Counted from the first letter of the stretch, positions 46,112 through 56,330 are shown. The stretch is 64,000 nt of DNA from an uncultured Gemmatimonadaceae bacterium (GCA_963829055.1 CAWHHI010000019.1:64001-128000), one strand, 5' to 3'. Translations and numbers: made by a program. The notes: generated by a model from the sequence alone, not told the origin.

Positions 46112-46514
46112 CGTACTCGACATAGTTGTTCTCGGTTTCCCACAACCGCAGGCGGCGCAACTGCCCCGGTGACACATGGGGCTCGATCGCCTTCCAGCAT
46201 GCGACCACGATATTTTCCGCGGTCGGGTTGATGCCGCGCATGAAATCGACGTCGAGGTTCATGTTGCGGTGGTCGACGCGATCGATGACCTCGCGCTGCA
46301 CGATCGCCCTGAGCGCGCCGAGGTCGATGACGTAGCCGGTGCGCTCATCGATCCGGCCTTCGACCGCGACCTCGAGGACGTAGTTGTGCCCATGCCAGTT
46401 CGGGTTGTTGCACTTGCCGAACAGCGCGGCATTCTCGTCGTCGGAGAGTGCGGGGTTGTGGATCCGGTGCGCGGCGTTGAAGCGCAGCCGTCGCGTGACG
46501 GTGACGATCGGCAT
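46101..46514 (-). CDS. 6-pyruvoyl-tetrahydropterin synthase / QueD family
   Basis: F.AAHR, FGKCNNPNWHGHNY, DHRN.N.DV, PTAEN, L.ETENN. Confidence 0.92.
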   Translation of the reverse strand: MPIVTVTRRLRFNAAHRIHNPALSDDENAALFGKCNNPNWHGHNYVLEVAVEGRIDERTGYVIDLGALRAIVQREVIDRVDHRNMNLDVDFMRGINPTAENIVVACWKAIEPHVSPGQLRRLRLWETENNYVEYDGR

Positions 46515-46621
46515 CAGGCGATCAACGGAAAGAGAGCGGTGTCGGGAAAGTTCGAGATATTCGACACACGCCCGCTTGAGACGGCGCGTGTGTGTCCGTA
46601 AACTTGGGCTTGCGAACGCGA

Positions 46622-46651
46622 GAAAGCCCCGCGGACTTCCGCGGGGCTTTC
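46622..46651. terminator. Strong hairpin upstream of PTPS/queD
   Basis: GAAAGCCCCGCGGA-CT-TCCGCGGGGCTTTC. Confidence 0.75.
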
Positions 46652-46875
46652 AAAGGTGGAACGAAGAGGGTTTTTTGAAGCCCAGTCGAAAATTAAGGTC
46701 CGCACCGTGCCTTCGTCTTCCCCGCACTGGGGCGTGGCGTCAACACAGATATTGCACCCGCTCGAAGGACTTGTTGGCTCAAAAACAATGTCTCTTCGCC
46801 CCTAGCGATTTGCGTTCGCGATAACTCGGCGAATTGCTGACGCAAAGTACAGGCAGATCAGAACCCGGTCAACTC

Positions 46876-47052
46876 ATGGATATTGGCATACTCGCGGCAC
46901 TCGCAATGCTCGTGCTCTGGGCAATTGGCACCTTCGTCTACGAGGCACCTGGCTGGATTCACCTGCTATTGAGTGCGGGCGTGTTTCTGGTCATTTATCG
47001 CATCGTCGTGCGTGGAACGCCCAACGTCGATACGACGACCAAGAAGGAGTGA
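46876..47052 (+). CDS. Small membrane protein (DUF5670/lmo0937-like)
   Basis: LVLWAIG......GWIHLLL. Confidence 0.7.
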   Translation: MDIGILAALAMLVLWAIGTFVYEAPGWIHLLLSAGVFLVIYRIVVRGTPNVDTTTKKE

Positions 47053-47203
47053 CCGGCACAAACGCGTTCGCCTGGACCGCGCACCACTGGACGTACGGCA
47101 TCCTCGAGACGGTCGATGCGGCCGGTCGGAAAAACACGCGCACTCGCGAGCGACCCAACGTCAATTGACGTTAGGCGGCCGCGAAAGTGAGCGGTCTTGT
47201 CGG

Positions 47204-47530
47204 TTATGACTTCGGTCGCTTCCCCTTCCCGTCGTAATCCAGGACCGCCGTGCGCCGCTCGACTTCACGCAGGCGGTAGCAATCCCACACGAACTGCGCG
47301 CGGATCCAGAACTCCGCCTCCACACCCAGTGCCGCCTCGAGCTGTAACGCTGTCTCGGCGGTGATCCCTTCTTCGCCACTCAGGATTCCGCGTATCTTCG
47401 ATACCGGTACGCCCATGCGCTGCGCAAGCGCGGCCTGCGTCAGCCGACCGGTCTTGATGAATTCCTCGCGCAGAATCTGCCCTGGACGCTCGGGCGGTTG
47501 CGATGTGGGAACGCGGACAGAAAGGATCAC
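47204..47530 (-). CDS. HigA-family antitoxin / XRE HTH (orphan)
   Basis: PGQILREEF...LTQ..LA..MGV....I..I..G..GITAETAL.L..ALG..AEFW...Q. Confidence 0.85.
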   Translation of the reverse strand: MILSVRVPTSQPPERPGQILREEFIKTGRLTQAALAQRMGVPVSKIRGILSGEEGITAETALQLEAALGVEAEFWIRAQFVWDCYRLREVERRTAVLDYDGKGKRPKS

Positions 47531-47581
47531 GCGAGGCGCCGTTGAGGTTTCGATCGACCGTTGGATCGACGGAAAAGGATT

Positions 47582-47902
47582 GTGGCGCAGCCTAGGCCGG
47601 TACGGAAGGGCTGGCGCGCGGTGATCCGAGCGTTCGGGCTGGTTGTCCTGTCCGCGATCGTGGCCGTTCCGCTGTCGTTCTTTGTGGCAATGCTCCTGAC
47701 GCCGGTCCTCTGGCGCCTGGAAGGTGTGATCGGCATAGAACTCGCCGGCCACTCAGGGCCGGCCGACTGGATCATCGCAGCGATCTTCGGGCTCTTCACC
47801 GTCATGCTGTCAGTTATCCTACTCCGTCTGACCGGTGCCCGCGGGACAGTTTCCGCGCCGCCATCGGCGATTACCACTCCGCCCACGCACGGAGACGGTT
47901 GA
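47582..47902 (+). CDS. Small membrane protein
   Basis: Two TM segments around GIELAGHSGPADW. Confidence 0.6.
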   Translation: MAQPRPVRKGWRAVIRAFGLVVLSAIVAVPLSFFVAMLLTPVLWRLEGVIGIELAGHSGPADWIIAAIFGLFTVMLSVILLRLTGARGTVSAPPSAITTPPTHGDG

Positions 47903-47996
47903 GGCCTGCGGCGATTCCTAGGGATTGCAACCTCGTCGCACCCCAGTCATCATCGCGAGGGCAGCGAACCCGATAGCGGAGTCATACGGAGCAATA

Positions 47997-48983
47997 ATGC
48001 GCAGAGTATGCGTTGCCTTCACCGCAATAATTCTCGCCGCGACACTCGGCATCACACCTGTGCACGGGCAGGTGCGCGCCGATCCTGGCGTTGTGATCGG
48101 CGGACGAATTGCCGTGCGCGTGAACGTCACGCTCGCCGATGAAGAGACGCCATATTCGCCGGTTCGCGGTCTCACGCTTGCGTTCACACGGCCGGCGTCG
48201 GACACGGTGCTCGGACGCACCGACGAAGCGGGTGTCGTCACCGTACTGCTGCCGCCCGGCAACTACACCGTCAGTGCGCCGACGCCATACTCGTGGAAGG
48301 GCGCGTCGTACACGTGGACCCTGCCCATCGCCGTGCGGGCAGATATGCAGTCCATTGATTTGAACCGGTCCAACGCGCGCGTAGGCGGAAGCCCGACGCG
48401 CGTGACTCAAGCGGAGCCACCGGCGCAGGCACAAAGCGCTGGCGATGTCGGACCCGTGCCTACCGGTTCACGAAGCCGTGACAACAGCACGATCCGCTGG
48501 CTCTCGATGGAGGCCGGAGCCGAAGCAGGCCTAACGCAGCTTGGCAACGGACGCGGGTCCGACGCCGGATTTGGTGGTACTGGTTCGTTCGTCGGGGGAC
48601 TCGGGCCCGTGGCGCTCGCGCTCGGCTACCGCTACACACGAATCCCGTACGAGAACGACCTGGACCCGGCGAGTCTGGCCAGCGGCAGCGTGGAGGTGCG
48701 TTATCATCTGCGGCCCGGCGCAGCGCCGATCCGACCGTACCTCGGCGTGGTGGGCGGCTTCGGCGATTGGCACGACTCGGAATCTCTCACGAACGACAAG
48801 TCGACGTTCCGGATGTTGGGCGGCACCGTCGGCGCGCAGTTCGGGCTCGCCACGAGCGTGCGGCTGCACGTCGCCACCACGGTGGCCGGGACGAACATCA
48901 AGGAATCGTCGCAGACGAGCACCGGGCTATTTGCCGCGGCGAGCATCGGCCTGACGTTCGACATCTTCTCGCCGGCGCGGTAG
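47997..48983 (+). CDS. Secreted protein with a CarboxypepD-like N-domain and an outer-membrane beta-barrel-like C-domain
   Basis: Signal peptide, TDEAG......PG.Y.V, amphipathic strands, IRPYLG, terminal IGLTF. Confidence 0.65.
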   Translation: MRRVCVAFTAIILAATLGITPVHGQVRADPGVVIGGRIAVRVNVTLADEETPYSPVRGLTLAFTRPASDTVLGRTDEAGVVTVLLPPGNYTVSAPTPYSWKGASYTWTLPIAVRADMQSIDLNRSNARVGGSPTRVTQAEPPAQAQSAGDVGPVPTGSRSRDNSTIRWLSMEAGAEAGLTQLGNGRGSDAGFGGTGSFVGGLGPVALALGYRYTRIPYENDLDPASLASGSVEVRYHLRPGAAPIRPYLGVVGGFGDWHDSESLTNDKSTFRMLGGTVGAQFGLATSVRLHVATTVAGTNIKESSQTSTGLFAAASIGLTFDIFSPAR

Positions 48984-49276
48984 GCGGTCCCGGCGCGCGG
49001 CGGCTGCCGCTGCTGCCCAGAGACGACGCGGGCGGAGCGAGGTTACCCCTACGGCGGAGTGGCGAATCACCCGCCGCCCTTGGCCCGTCGGTTGAGGTGC
49101 GTGCGCCGATCGTTGTACGGGTTTCCCCGCGGCCAATCCTGACCGGACACGGCCCTCTCCGCCGTAGAGGCAAGACCTACATGGGCAAGATGCCTGCCGC
49201 TGAGCTCGGCCGAATTCCAGGCCGGACCGATCCTCTGCGCACACTTCGGTACATCCGAGGTGTTCCGCGAAAGGCG

Positions 49277-49969
49277 TTAGGCGCGCGGGTGCCACGCGCG
49301 TCTGCCGATGGCGCTCGGCACGCGTGCCGAGCGCCGTCGTCGAGTTGCTCTTATGGGAAGTCGATGCAGTACGGCGGTCGCAGAATGCACCCACCAACAG
49401 GGATAATCGTTCGTCGTCCACAAGCCGAACGGCTGCTCGACCCAGTACGGCTCGGCGTAGGGCCGCGGGTCCATCCGAACACGAATGGTACCGCCCCAAC
49501 CGCCGCCACCGACCGGTTTTACCCGGACCTGAACGGACTTGTTGAGTGACAGGCTGACCTCATCGCCCGTCACCTGGCCTTCGAACGCGTCATTGATGTC
49601 GACGTACCAAGCGACGAAGGTATCGTCCGGCGTGAGCGCATAGCAGGAAATCCCCATCCCCGGGCGACTGGTACCAACGATCCGTGTGCCTTCCTGCTTC
49701 AACAGCACGGAATTCCACTCGTCGTTCTCGATGTATGCGTAGGACTCGCAGTGAACGAGGTCCGTGCTCCCAGGCAATGTGCTCCAAATGTTGAATGCGC
49801 TAGTCACCCACGACCCCGAGATGTTTAGTGGGTCGAATTGCCGGGAAGCAGCAGCCGCCTTTGGCGACATCAGCATTGCGGCGCTTGGTGCCGTCGGCGG
49901 GTCGAGCGCCGAACAGGCGAGGGTCCCACTGAGCGTGACGGCAACGAGCGCGGCAAGGGCACTACGCAT
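49277..49969 (-). CDS. Lipoprotein, hypothetical (true end probably 49351, +1 frameshift near 49405)
   Basis: TLAC lipobox, NISGSW. The alternative frame gives IPVGGCILRPPYCIDFP*. Confidence 0.6.
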   Translation of the reverse strand: MRSALAALVAVTLSGTLACSALDPPTAPSAAMLMSPKAAAASRQFDPLNISGSWVTSAFNIWSTLPGSTDLVHCESYAYIENDEWNSVLLKQEGTRIVGTSRPGMGISCYALTPDDTFVAWYVDINDAFEGQVTGDEVSLSLNKSVQVRVKPVGGGGWGGTIRVRMDPRPYAEPYWVEQPFGLWTTNDYPCWWVHSATAVLHRLPIRATRRRRSARVPSAIGRRAWHPRA

Positions 49970-50418
49970 GACGAAACCTGCCTGTTGTTGGACGGGGCCA
50001 CATTAACACCGCCTAACTGTTTTGGAAAGTCAAACGATTATCGCATGGGCCGTCAGTCGAATGCGGCCGCATATCGTCCCCGACCCGGCGAGCGGGGCGG
50101 TGCCTAACGCGGACCGGTCCAGGCCGAGCCTGGTCTGACGCGCCCAAGGTCGTCGCTGACATGGGGAACGCGTCTTAGTCGGCGACCGACGCCGCTCTCA
50201 TAGGGAGACCGCGTCAGGGTCGCCGGATCCGGCAGGTGTTTTCACCGCGATTCCCCGCCCTCCGGGACTCACTTTGGACTCACCCTAACGGCTAAGGGGT
50301 GAGGCACTCAAAACGTGCCCCGACCCGGGGGCCGCGTTCACGTGAGTTCGTTGCGAAATGGCGGACGGCCCCCGAGTCCAGTAGCTTCGCGCTCCTCCCT
50401 CACGCCCTCCGCCCCCGC

Positions 50419-51558
50419 ATGCGCTTCCGCTCCCTTCTCGGCGCCTCCGTCTTCTCTGCGCTCGCCTCCGTCCTTCCGGCGCAGGCGCCGGTCACCGCAC
50501 CCGGGACGGAGCAGTTCACCGTGAAGTCGCGCGGCAACGGCGTCGAGTACGTCGTGCAGCTCTGGCTCCCGCCGGGACTCGATACGATGACCGTGCGCCC
50601 GCCCGTCTTCATCGTCACCGACGCCAACCTTGCCTTCCATACTGTGCACGAGACGGTCGCAATGCTCAGCATCGCGGGAGAAGTGGCGCCTCTCATCGTC
50701 GTGGGCGTGGGCTACCCACAGACTGACGGGCGCGGATACACGCCGGCATACGCGCTGAGTCGCACGCGTGACTACACGCCGACGAACATCGCCGAGATGC
50801 CGGGCGGCGGCGGAAGCGCAGCCTTTCTCGCCTTCCTCAAGGACGAGCTGGTGCCGATGGTCGAGACGAAGTATCGCGCCGACCCCACGCGGCGCGGGCT
50901 CGGGGGACACTCGTTAGGTGGGCTCTTCTCGACGTACGCTCTCCTGCACGAGCCGGGACTGTTCACGCGCTACTGGATCGGCTCACCGTCGCTCTGGTGG
51001 GACAAACAGGTTGCCTTCTCCTGGCTTCCGGAGGCGAAGAAGCGGAGCGTGCAGCCGTCAGGGCGCGCCTACCTCACCGTCGGCGCCGAGGAGAGCGACG
51101 TGATGGTATCGCCGATGCAGCGGATGACGAGGGAGCTCACGCACAGCTTCCCCGCACTGCGCGTCGGCTCACAGGTCTATGAGAACGAGAGTCACGGCTC
51201 GGTCGTCGGCGCCGCCATCAGTCGCTCGCTGCGATTCCTCTACGGGGAATTTGGGCGTCCGACGGTGGCGCTCTCGCCTGCGGCTCGCACCCAGTACATC
51301 GGGGACTGGAAGTCGCCGATGATGACAGTGAGCGTGGGGCCATCGCTTGCCGGACTCGAATTGTCGTTCCAGTACACCGGGCTGACGATGCGGACCCCGC
51401 TCAAGGCGGCGTCGCCCGATACGCTATTCAGCGCCGGGGCGGTGTCGTCGCAATTCATCGCGGTGCGCGATGCGAAGGGGAAGGTGACCGCGCTTCGCGG
51501 GACGATGCTCGGCGTCACGCAAGAGTACACGCGCGCCACGGCGAAGTCGCGGAAGTGA
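50419..51558 (+). CDS. Secreted alpha/beta hydrolase, IroE/BesA-like esterase, with an extra C-terminal domain
   Basis: Signal peptide, IVVGVGYP, RTRDYTP, FL.FLKDELVP, GHSLGG, SPSLWW, ESHG. Confidence 0.88.
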   Translation: MRFRSLLGASVFSALASVLPAQAPVTAPGTEQFTVKSRGNGVEYVVQLWLPPGLDTMTVRPPVFIVTDANLAFHTVHETVAMLSIAGEVAPLIVVGVGYPQTDGRGYTPAYALSRTRDYTPTNIAEMPGGGGSAAFLAFLKDELVPMVETKYRADPTRRGLGGHSLGGLFSTYALLHEPGLFTRYWIGSPSLWWDKQVAFSWLPEAKKRSVQPSGRAYLTVGAEESDVMVSPMQRMTRELTHSFPALRVGSQVYENESHGSVVGAAISRSLRFLYGEFGRPTVALSPAARTQYIGDWKSPMMTVSVGPSLAGLELSFQYTGLTMRTPLKAASPDTLFSAGAVSSQFIAVRDAKGKVTALRGTMLGVTQEYTRATAKSRK

Positions 51559-51677
51559 TGACGCCATGCGCTGGCCGTGACGGACCTCCTGTGAGCGCCG
51601 GAGATCCGCCTGACGCGGATTGCTTGGGGGCCGCGAGAGGCTCACCGCTCCAACAGCGCAGTCGTTTACGCTTCGCT

Positions 51678-52652
51678 CTAAATCTCCCAGTTGGACAGCA
51701 CGATCCCGCGCTCGGCACGCGGTTCGGGATAGCCCGCGAGCGCCATGCGCAGATCCGTCCACCGGACCCGCGCGCCCATCGCCACGAGCCGCGCGTAGGC
51801 GTCGACGTACTCGCCCTGCACGCGAAACGCGACGCGACGCGTCCCGCTCCGCCGGGCGTAGTCCATGAGCGCGCGGCAACACGCATCGAACCGCGCGGGA
51901 TCGCTCACCACCATCTTCAGCACGCGCAGCTCCTCGCGCGTGCGACCCTCGACGAGCGGCGCCGTATGACACAGCGCGAACCCGATGAGTCGGCCCGTAT
52001 CGCGGATGAGCAGCGTGTCACCTAACGACAGTGCATCCGTGAGCGTGATCTCACGCGTGTAGTCGTACCCCGCCACGAGCGCCTGCGTCAGCGCCAGGCA
52101 CTCCGCCAGCACATCGTCCTTGTCGCGCGTCGAGAGGCGGCCATAGAGCTGCGCCGGCGCGTCGCCGCTCGCCGCATCGAGCGTGAGCGTCACGGTCAGG
52201 CGCGTCGGGAGGAAGCCGAGGCCGGAGTAGAAGCCGATGTTGTCCATCGTGCGCGGCATCGTCTCCAGGCCAATGACCGTGGACGCTCTCTCGGTCAGCC
52301 ACCGCACGCCCGCGCGCACGATCTCTTTCCCCAGGCCCCCGCCCTGCCACTCCGGCCGCACCGCGAGTGGGCCCATCCACCCTTCAATCCCCGAATGGTG
52401 CGCGATGTTGAAGGCGACGATCTCGTCACGCTCGCCACGCCACACCATTGCTCCTGAACCGGCATCGTCGATCGCATAACGCCAGATGGCCGGATTGAGG
52501 AATGGCACCCGCACGCCGACCATGCCATCGCGACGGTAGCGCTCCGTGAACGCGTCGCTGAAGACCTGATTGAGTGCGGGAACGTCAGCGAGCCGCACGG
52601 GATGCGGTCCGTCAGCATGACGAGCGGTCTTCCAATCGCGCGCCGTCGCCAT
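51678..52652 (-). CDS. Tandem GNAT-fold acetyltransferase
   Basis: GWMGPLAVRPEWQGGGLGK, NIGFYSGLGF, second GNAT-like half. ATG overlaps the rad50/sbcC TGA. Confidence 0.85.
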   Translation of the reverse strand: MATARDWKTARHADGPHPVRLADVPALNQVFSDAFTERYRRDGMVGVRVPFLNPAIWRYAIDDAGSGAMVWRGERDEIVAFNIAHHSGIEGWMGPLAVRPEWQGGGLGKEIVRAGVRWLTERASTVIGLETMPRTMDNIGFYSGLGFLPTRLTVTLTLDAASGDAPAQLYGRLSTRDKDDVLAECLALTQALVAGYDYTREITLTDALSLGDTLLIRDTGRLIGFALCHTAPLVEGRTREELRVLKMVVSDPARFDACCRALMDYARRSGTRRVAFRVQGEYVDAYARLVAMGARVRWTDLRMALAGYPEPRAERGIVLSNWEI

Positions 52653-55126
52653 CAGCTCGCAGCCTCGATCCGCTCGTACATGTCGTCGCCCATCTCGTCC
52701 GTGCCGGTCGGCAACTCGAGCTCCAGCCGGTCGCTCTGTGTCACGACCGACGCTCCGGTTTCCTCATCGTAGCGCACGCTGATGATCTGATCCAATCCCT
52801 CGCGCACCGACTCGATGTGCGTGATGAGAATGACCTGCTCGAACCGATCCTGCAACCGGCGCAGCAGCTCGACGACGTTACCGCGACGCGACTCGTCGAG
52901 GGAGCCGAACACTTCGTCCAGCACGAGGAGCGAGAACTGCTGACCGGCGCGCTCGGCGATCATCTGGGAGATCGCGAGGCGGAGGACGAGGTTCGCGAGG
53001 TCCTCCTCGCCTCCCGAGATCACCGGCTTGGGGATGCCGTCCTCGAGCACGAGGACGTTGTAGTTGTCGTCGAGCTCCAGCTCGGAATATCGAGCGTCCG
53101 TCAGGTCGTGCAGGAACGCGCTCGCAAGCTCGGAGAGCTCGGGACGGAGCTGAAAGTTCAGATCGGTGCGGAGATCCGAGTACGCACGATCGAGCTCATC
53201 ATGAAGGCGACGGTCGACCTGCAACGCGTCGAGCTTGCCTTGCGTGCGCTCGAGCTCCTGCCGCGACTTCTCCGCGCCTTCCAGCGCCGAGCGTGCGGCG
53301 TTCGCGTCGCCCTGAGCCGACGCCGCGGCAACTTCGGCAGCGCGAGCGTTGGTAGCCGCGGTCTCGTACGCGGTGCGCAGGGCGGCGTAGTCAGTCTCGG
53401 AGAACTCGACGCTCTGACGACGCTCGCGGAGCCCGGCGAGTCTGTCGCGCAGCGCGCCTAACGTGGCGCTCACACGCGCGCGCTCGATCTCCAGCTGCGG
53501 TGCACGGTCGATCTGCGCGCTGAGCCGAGTTGCACGCTCGTTCAGCGGAACGAGACGCTCCACCTCGCGCCTGAGCGACGCGTGCTTCGCGCCATCATAG
53601 CCGGGCGGAATGGCCGCAAGGTCGCGCCGCACGACGTCATGCCGCTGCTCCTTGGCGCTGATGTCCTTCGAGAGCTGCGTCAGCTCCTGCACCGCGGCCT
53701 GCACCTTCGCCAGTCGCCGCTCGAGAGCACCAACCTCGCCGGTGAGCGCGCGACGTGCCTCGTCGAGCTGCTTCACCTCCTCGGGCATCTCCTCCAGCTG
53801 GTCGAGGCGTGTGTTGTAGAAGCGGCCGTCGACGGCGATGGTCTCGAGCTGGTCGTCGAAATGCTCGAGAACACCGCGGTAGTGCTGATCGAGCGGCCGC
53901 GTGCACACAGGGCAGGTGCCCTCTTCGCCGAGATCGACGATGCGGTCGCGCTGCGCCTTGAGCTCCGCGTACTGGCGGCGCAGCGCGTCACGCTTCGTCT
54001 CCGCTTCCTGCCGGTCGCGCACCCACTCGGTACGCCGCGCTTCGAGGTGGCCGAGACTCTCTTCGAGCTCCTTGCGCTTGGCCTCGACCGCGATCGTCGC
54101 CTCTTCCTCGAGGATCGGCGCATTGAACACCCGCGCGCGCCGCTCTCGCAGGCGCGTGAGCTCATCGCTCAGCGAGCGCTCGGTCTCGACGAGCGTCTGC
54201 CGTCTCCCTTCCTCGCGCGCCAGACGCTCGTAGCGCTGGAACTCCTCGGCGATCTGCGAGAGCGGCTGCAGCTCGGTGGCCAGGGCCTCGAGCTCCGCGC
54301 TTGCGGCGCTCACGCCGGCAAGCTCACGCGTCACGCGATCGGATTCGCGGGCCAGTCCCGCTTCCTCCGCCTCCGCCACGCGGAGCTCCGCGAGCAGTTC
54401 CTGGAGACGATCGCGCTCTTTCTGTGCGCGCTCCCAGCGCGGCGTTAGGTCGGCGAGCACCGCCTCGCGCTCACGACGCGCCTTCTCGGCTGTCGCCGCC
54501 GCCTGACGCGCTGCCGCGAGACGGTGCTCCGAATCAGCGAGCACACGCGCCACGACGTCCGGATCGGGCATCGCGCCGCGCAGGCCGGCGGTTTCGGCCG
54601 AGATGAGGCGTCGACGCTCGCGGACGAGCTGCTGCGCGGTTCTCAGCTTCTCGTAGCCGAGTACGCGGGAGAGGAACTGTGCGCGCTCGGACGGCCCCAT
54701 GGCCGCCATCACGTTCAGCTCCTTCTGCCCCGTGAAATACGTATTGAAAAACTCCGAGCGCGACATGCCGAGCCGGCGCTGCAGCAGCTCGTTGACGCCG
54801 GTGATCGTGTTCGCGATCGGCTGCGAGCCGCCATCGAGGTACAGCTCGGAATTCGTTAGGCCGCGGATGATGCGGTAGCGATGACCCGCGAGCTCGAAGT
54901 CGAGCTCCACGCGTACCGGCGAGCGCGGCGCCGCGCGCGTGAAGCGGATGGAGTCGCGCGTACCGCGAGTCGCGGAATTGCCGTACAGCGCCCACGCGAT
55001 GGCTTCGAGCAGCGTCGTCTTGCCGGAGCCGTTCGTGCCGATGATGCCGGTGAGGCCCGTCTCGAACGTGACGACGGTGTCCGCGTGCTGGCGGAAATTC
55101 TGGAGCTGAAGCCGGTGGAGTCTCAC
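52652..55126 (-). CDS. sbcC: Rad50/SbcC SMC-like ATPase
   Basis: L.LQNFRQH, GTNGSGKTT, coiled coils, Zn hook CPVC, ISGGE, LLVLDE.FGSLD, LITH. Confidence 0.93.
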   Translation of the reverse strand: MRLHRLQLQNFRQHADTVVTFETGLTGIIGTNGSGKTTLLEAIAWALYGNSATRGTRDSIRFTRAAPRSPVRVELDFELAGHRYRIIRGLTNSELYLDGGSQPIANTITGVNELLQRRLGMSRSEFFNTYFTGQKELNVMAAMGPSERAQFLSRVLGYEKLRTAQQLVRERRRLISAETAGLRGAMPDPDVVARVLADSEHRLAAARQAAATAEKARREREAVLADLTPRWERAQKERDRLQELLAELRVAEAEEAGLARESDRVTRELAGVSAASAELEALATELQPLSQIAEEFQRYERLAREEGRRQTLVETERSLSDELTRLRERRARVFNAPILEEEATIAVEAKRKELEESLGHLEARRTEWVRDRQEAETKRDALRRQYAELKAQRDRIVDLGEEGTCPVCTRPLDQHYRGVLEHFDDQLETIAVDGRFYNTRLDQLEEMPEEVKQLDEARRALTGEVGALERRLAKVQAAVQELTQLSKDISAKEQRHDVVRRDLAAIPPGYDGAKHASLRREVERLVPLNERATRLSAQIDRAPQLEIERARVSATLGALRDRLAGLRERRQSVEFSETDYAALRTAYETAATNARAAEVAAASAQGDANAARSALEGAEKSRQELERTQGKLDALQVDRRLHDELDRAYSDLRTDLNFQLRPELSELASAFLHDLTDARYSELELDDNYNVLVLEDGIPKPVISGGEEDLANLVLRLAISQMIAERAGQQFSLLVLDEVFGSLDESRRGNVVELLRRLQDRFEQVILITHIESVREGLDQIISVRYDEETGASVVTQSDRLELELPTGTDEMGDDMYERIEAAS

Positions 55127-55136
55127 GGCGTGGTCG

Positions 55137-56330
55137 TCACTCGGGCGCCCCGATACCGACTGGCGTCGTCGCTTCGATCGTCTCAGCCTCACGCAGGTAG
55201 TCGAGGCCGAGCGTCACCAGGCGATCGCGGTCGATGTCCGAGGTCATGACGCGCCGCTGCAGATGATCGCGCACCGTGTCGGCGAGCGATGGGCGCCGGC
55301 CTGGGCCACCACTGGCGACCGTGCGAATGATCTCGGGTCGACGCGTGTCGAGGTGATAGTGCAGCGCGCGCCGCTTGAGCTCACGCAGCGCCTTGTGATC
55401 GAGCTCGCGCGCGATGTGGCGCGGCACGTCGCGCACGACCTGACGCACGATCTTGTCATCGATACCGCCGCTGACGCGGGCCACACCCGCCTGGATCGCG
55501 GCGTCGAGATCGGCCGACGACATCCCCCGTGCCGCGATGATCGGCAGGTCGACGAGCGGTCGCGTCGCCGGAAGGAAGTGGAACTTCCGCTTCTCCGTCG
55601 CGATGTCGTACTCGATCATGCCCTTGCCCGGCAGCTTCACGGTGCGCTCTTCCGTCAGCTCGCTCCACACGTTCACACTCGTGTACTCCATGGAGCCCGA
55701 GTAGTACATGTTAGGCGCGACCTGTCGGTACACGTGGTAGTGGCCGAGGGCGACGTAGTTCCACCGCGGCGCGTCGATCTCCTCCACCGTGATCTCGACG
55801 GTCGAACGCTCCTGCGCTACCGCGTCAGCGGGCAAAATCCCCGGGAGCTCGCAATGGATCACGAGCACGTTGTGCTTCGCCGCGGGGTCCGGATCCAGCA
55901 CCGGATGATCCTTCAGCGCGTCCGGCACGGCGAGAATCGAGAGCTCGCGATCGGGGAACGAGAGCCGCTCTGGCTCGCCGTAGACGACATGGATGCCGAG
56001 CGGCGTGAAGAGCCGCAGGATGCATCCCATCTCGCTGGACTTCGGCGTGTCGTGGTTGCCGGCGATCATCACGATGATCGCGTCAGGCAGCCCCTGCTTG
56101 AGTCGGCTGAACTGCTGAAACGCGTGGACGATCGCGGTGTTCGTCGGGCGCACCGCGTGGAACACGTCTCCGGCGATCAGGACAATGTCGGGCGCGACCT
56201 CGATGATCTTGTCGATGGCGCGCTTGAACGCCATCGCGACGTCCCATTCGCGCTGATTGACGCCGGTCGGCGTCTGCCGCTGATACTGGCGGAAGCCGAG
56301 GTGCAGATCGGAGATGTGAATCAACCGCAT
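55137..56330 (-). CDS. sbcD: Mre11/SbcD nuclease
   Basis: HISDLHLG, IAGDVF, AGNHD, YVALGHYH, YSGS.E. Confidence 0.93.
   Translation of the reverse strand: MRLIHISDLHLGFRQYQRQTPTGVNQREWDVAMAFKRAIDKIIEVAPDIVLIAGDVFHAVRPTNTAIVHAFQQFSRLKQGLPDAIIVMIAGNHDTPKSSEMGCILRLFTPLGIHVVYGEPERLSFPDRELSILAVPDALKDHPVLDPDPAAKHNVLVIHCELPGILPADAVAQERSTVEITVEEIDAPRWNYVALGHYHVYRQVAPNMYYSGSMEYTSVNVWSELTEERTVKLPGKGMIEYDIATEKRKFHFLPATRPLVDLPIIAARGMSSADLDAAIQAGVARVSGGIDDKIVRQVVRDVPRHIARELDHKALRELKRRALHYHLDTRRPEIIRTVASGGPGRRPSLADTVRDHLQRRVMTSDIDRDRLVTLGLDYLREAETIEATTPVGIGAPE

Noticed and set aside
46650..46745. preQ1 riboswitch upstream of the queD-like gene
   Set aside because: An A-tract and CCCTCT are present but not in preQ1-I order, and no matching P1 stem was found. 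Kept only as an unclassified candidate RNA.
50041..50300. Structured ncRNA in the divergent intergenic region
   Set aside because: Only short GC-rich stems expected by chance, with no terminator or family motif recognised.
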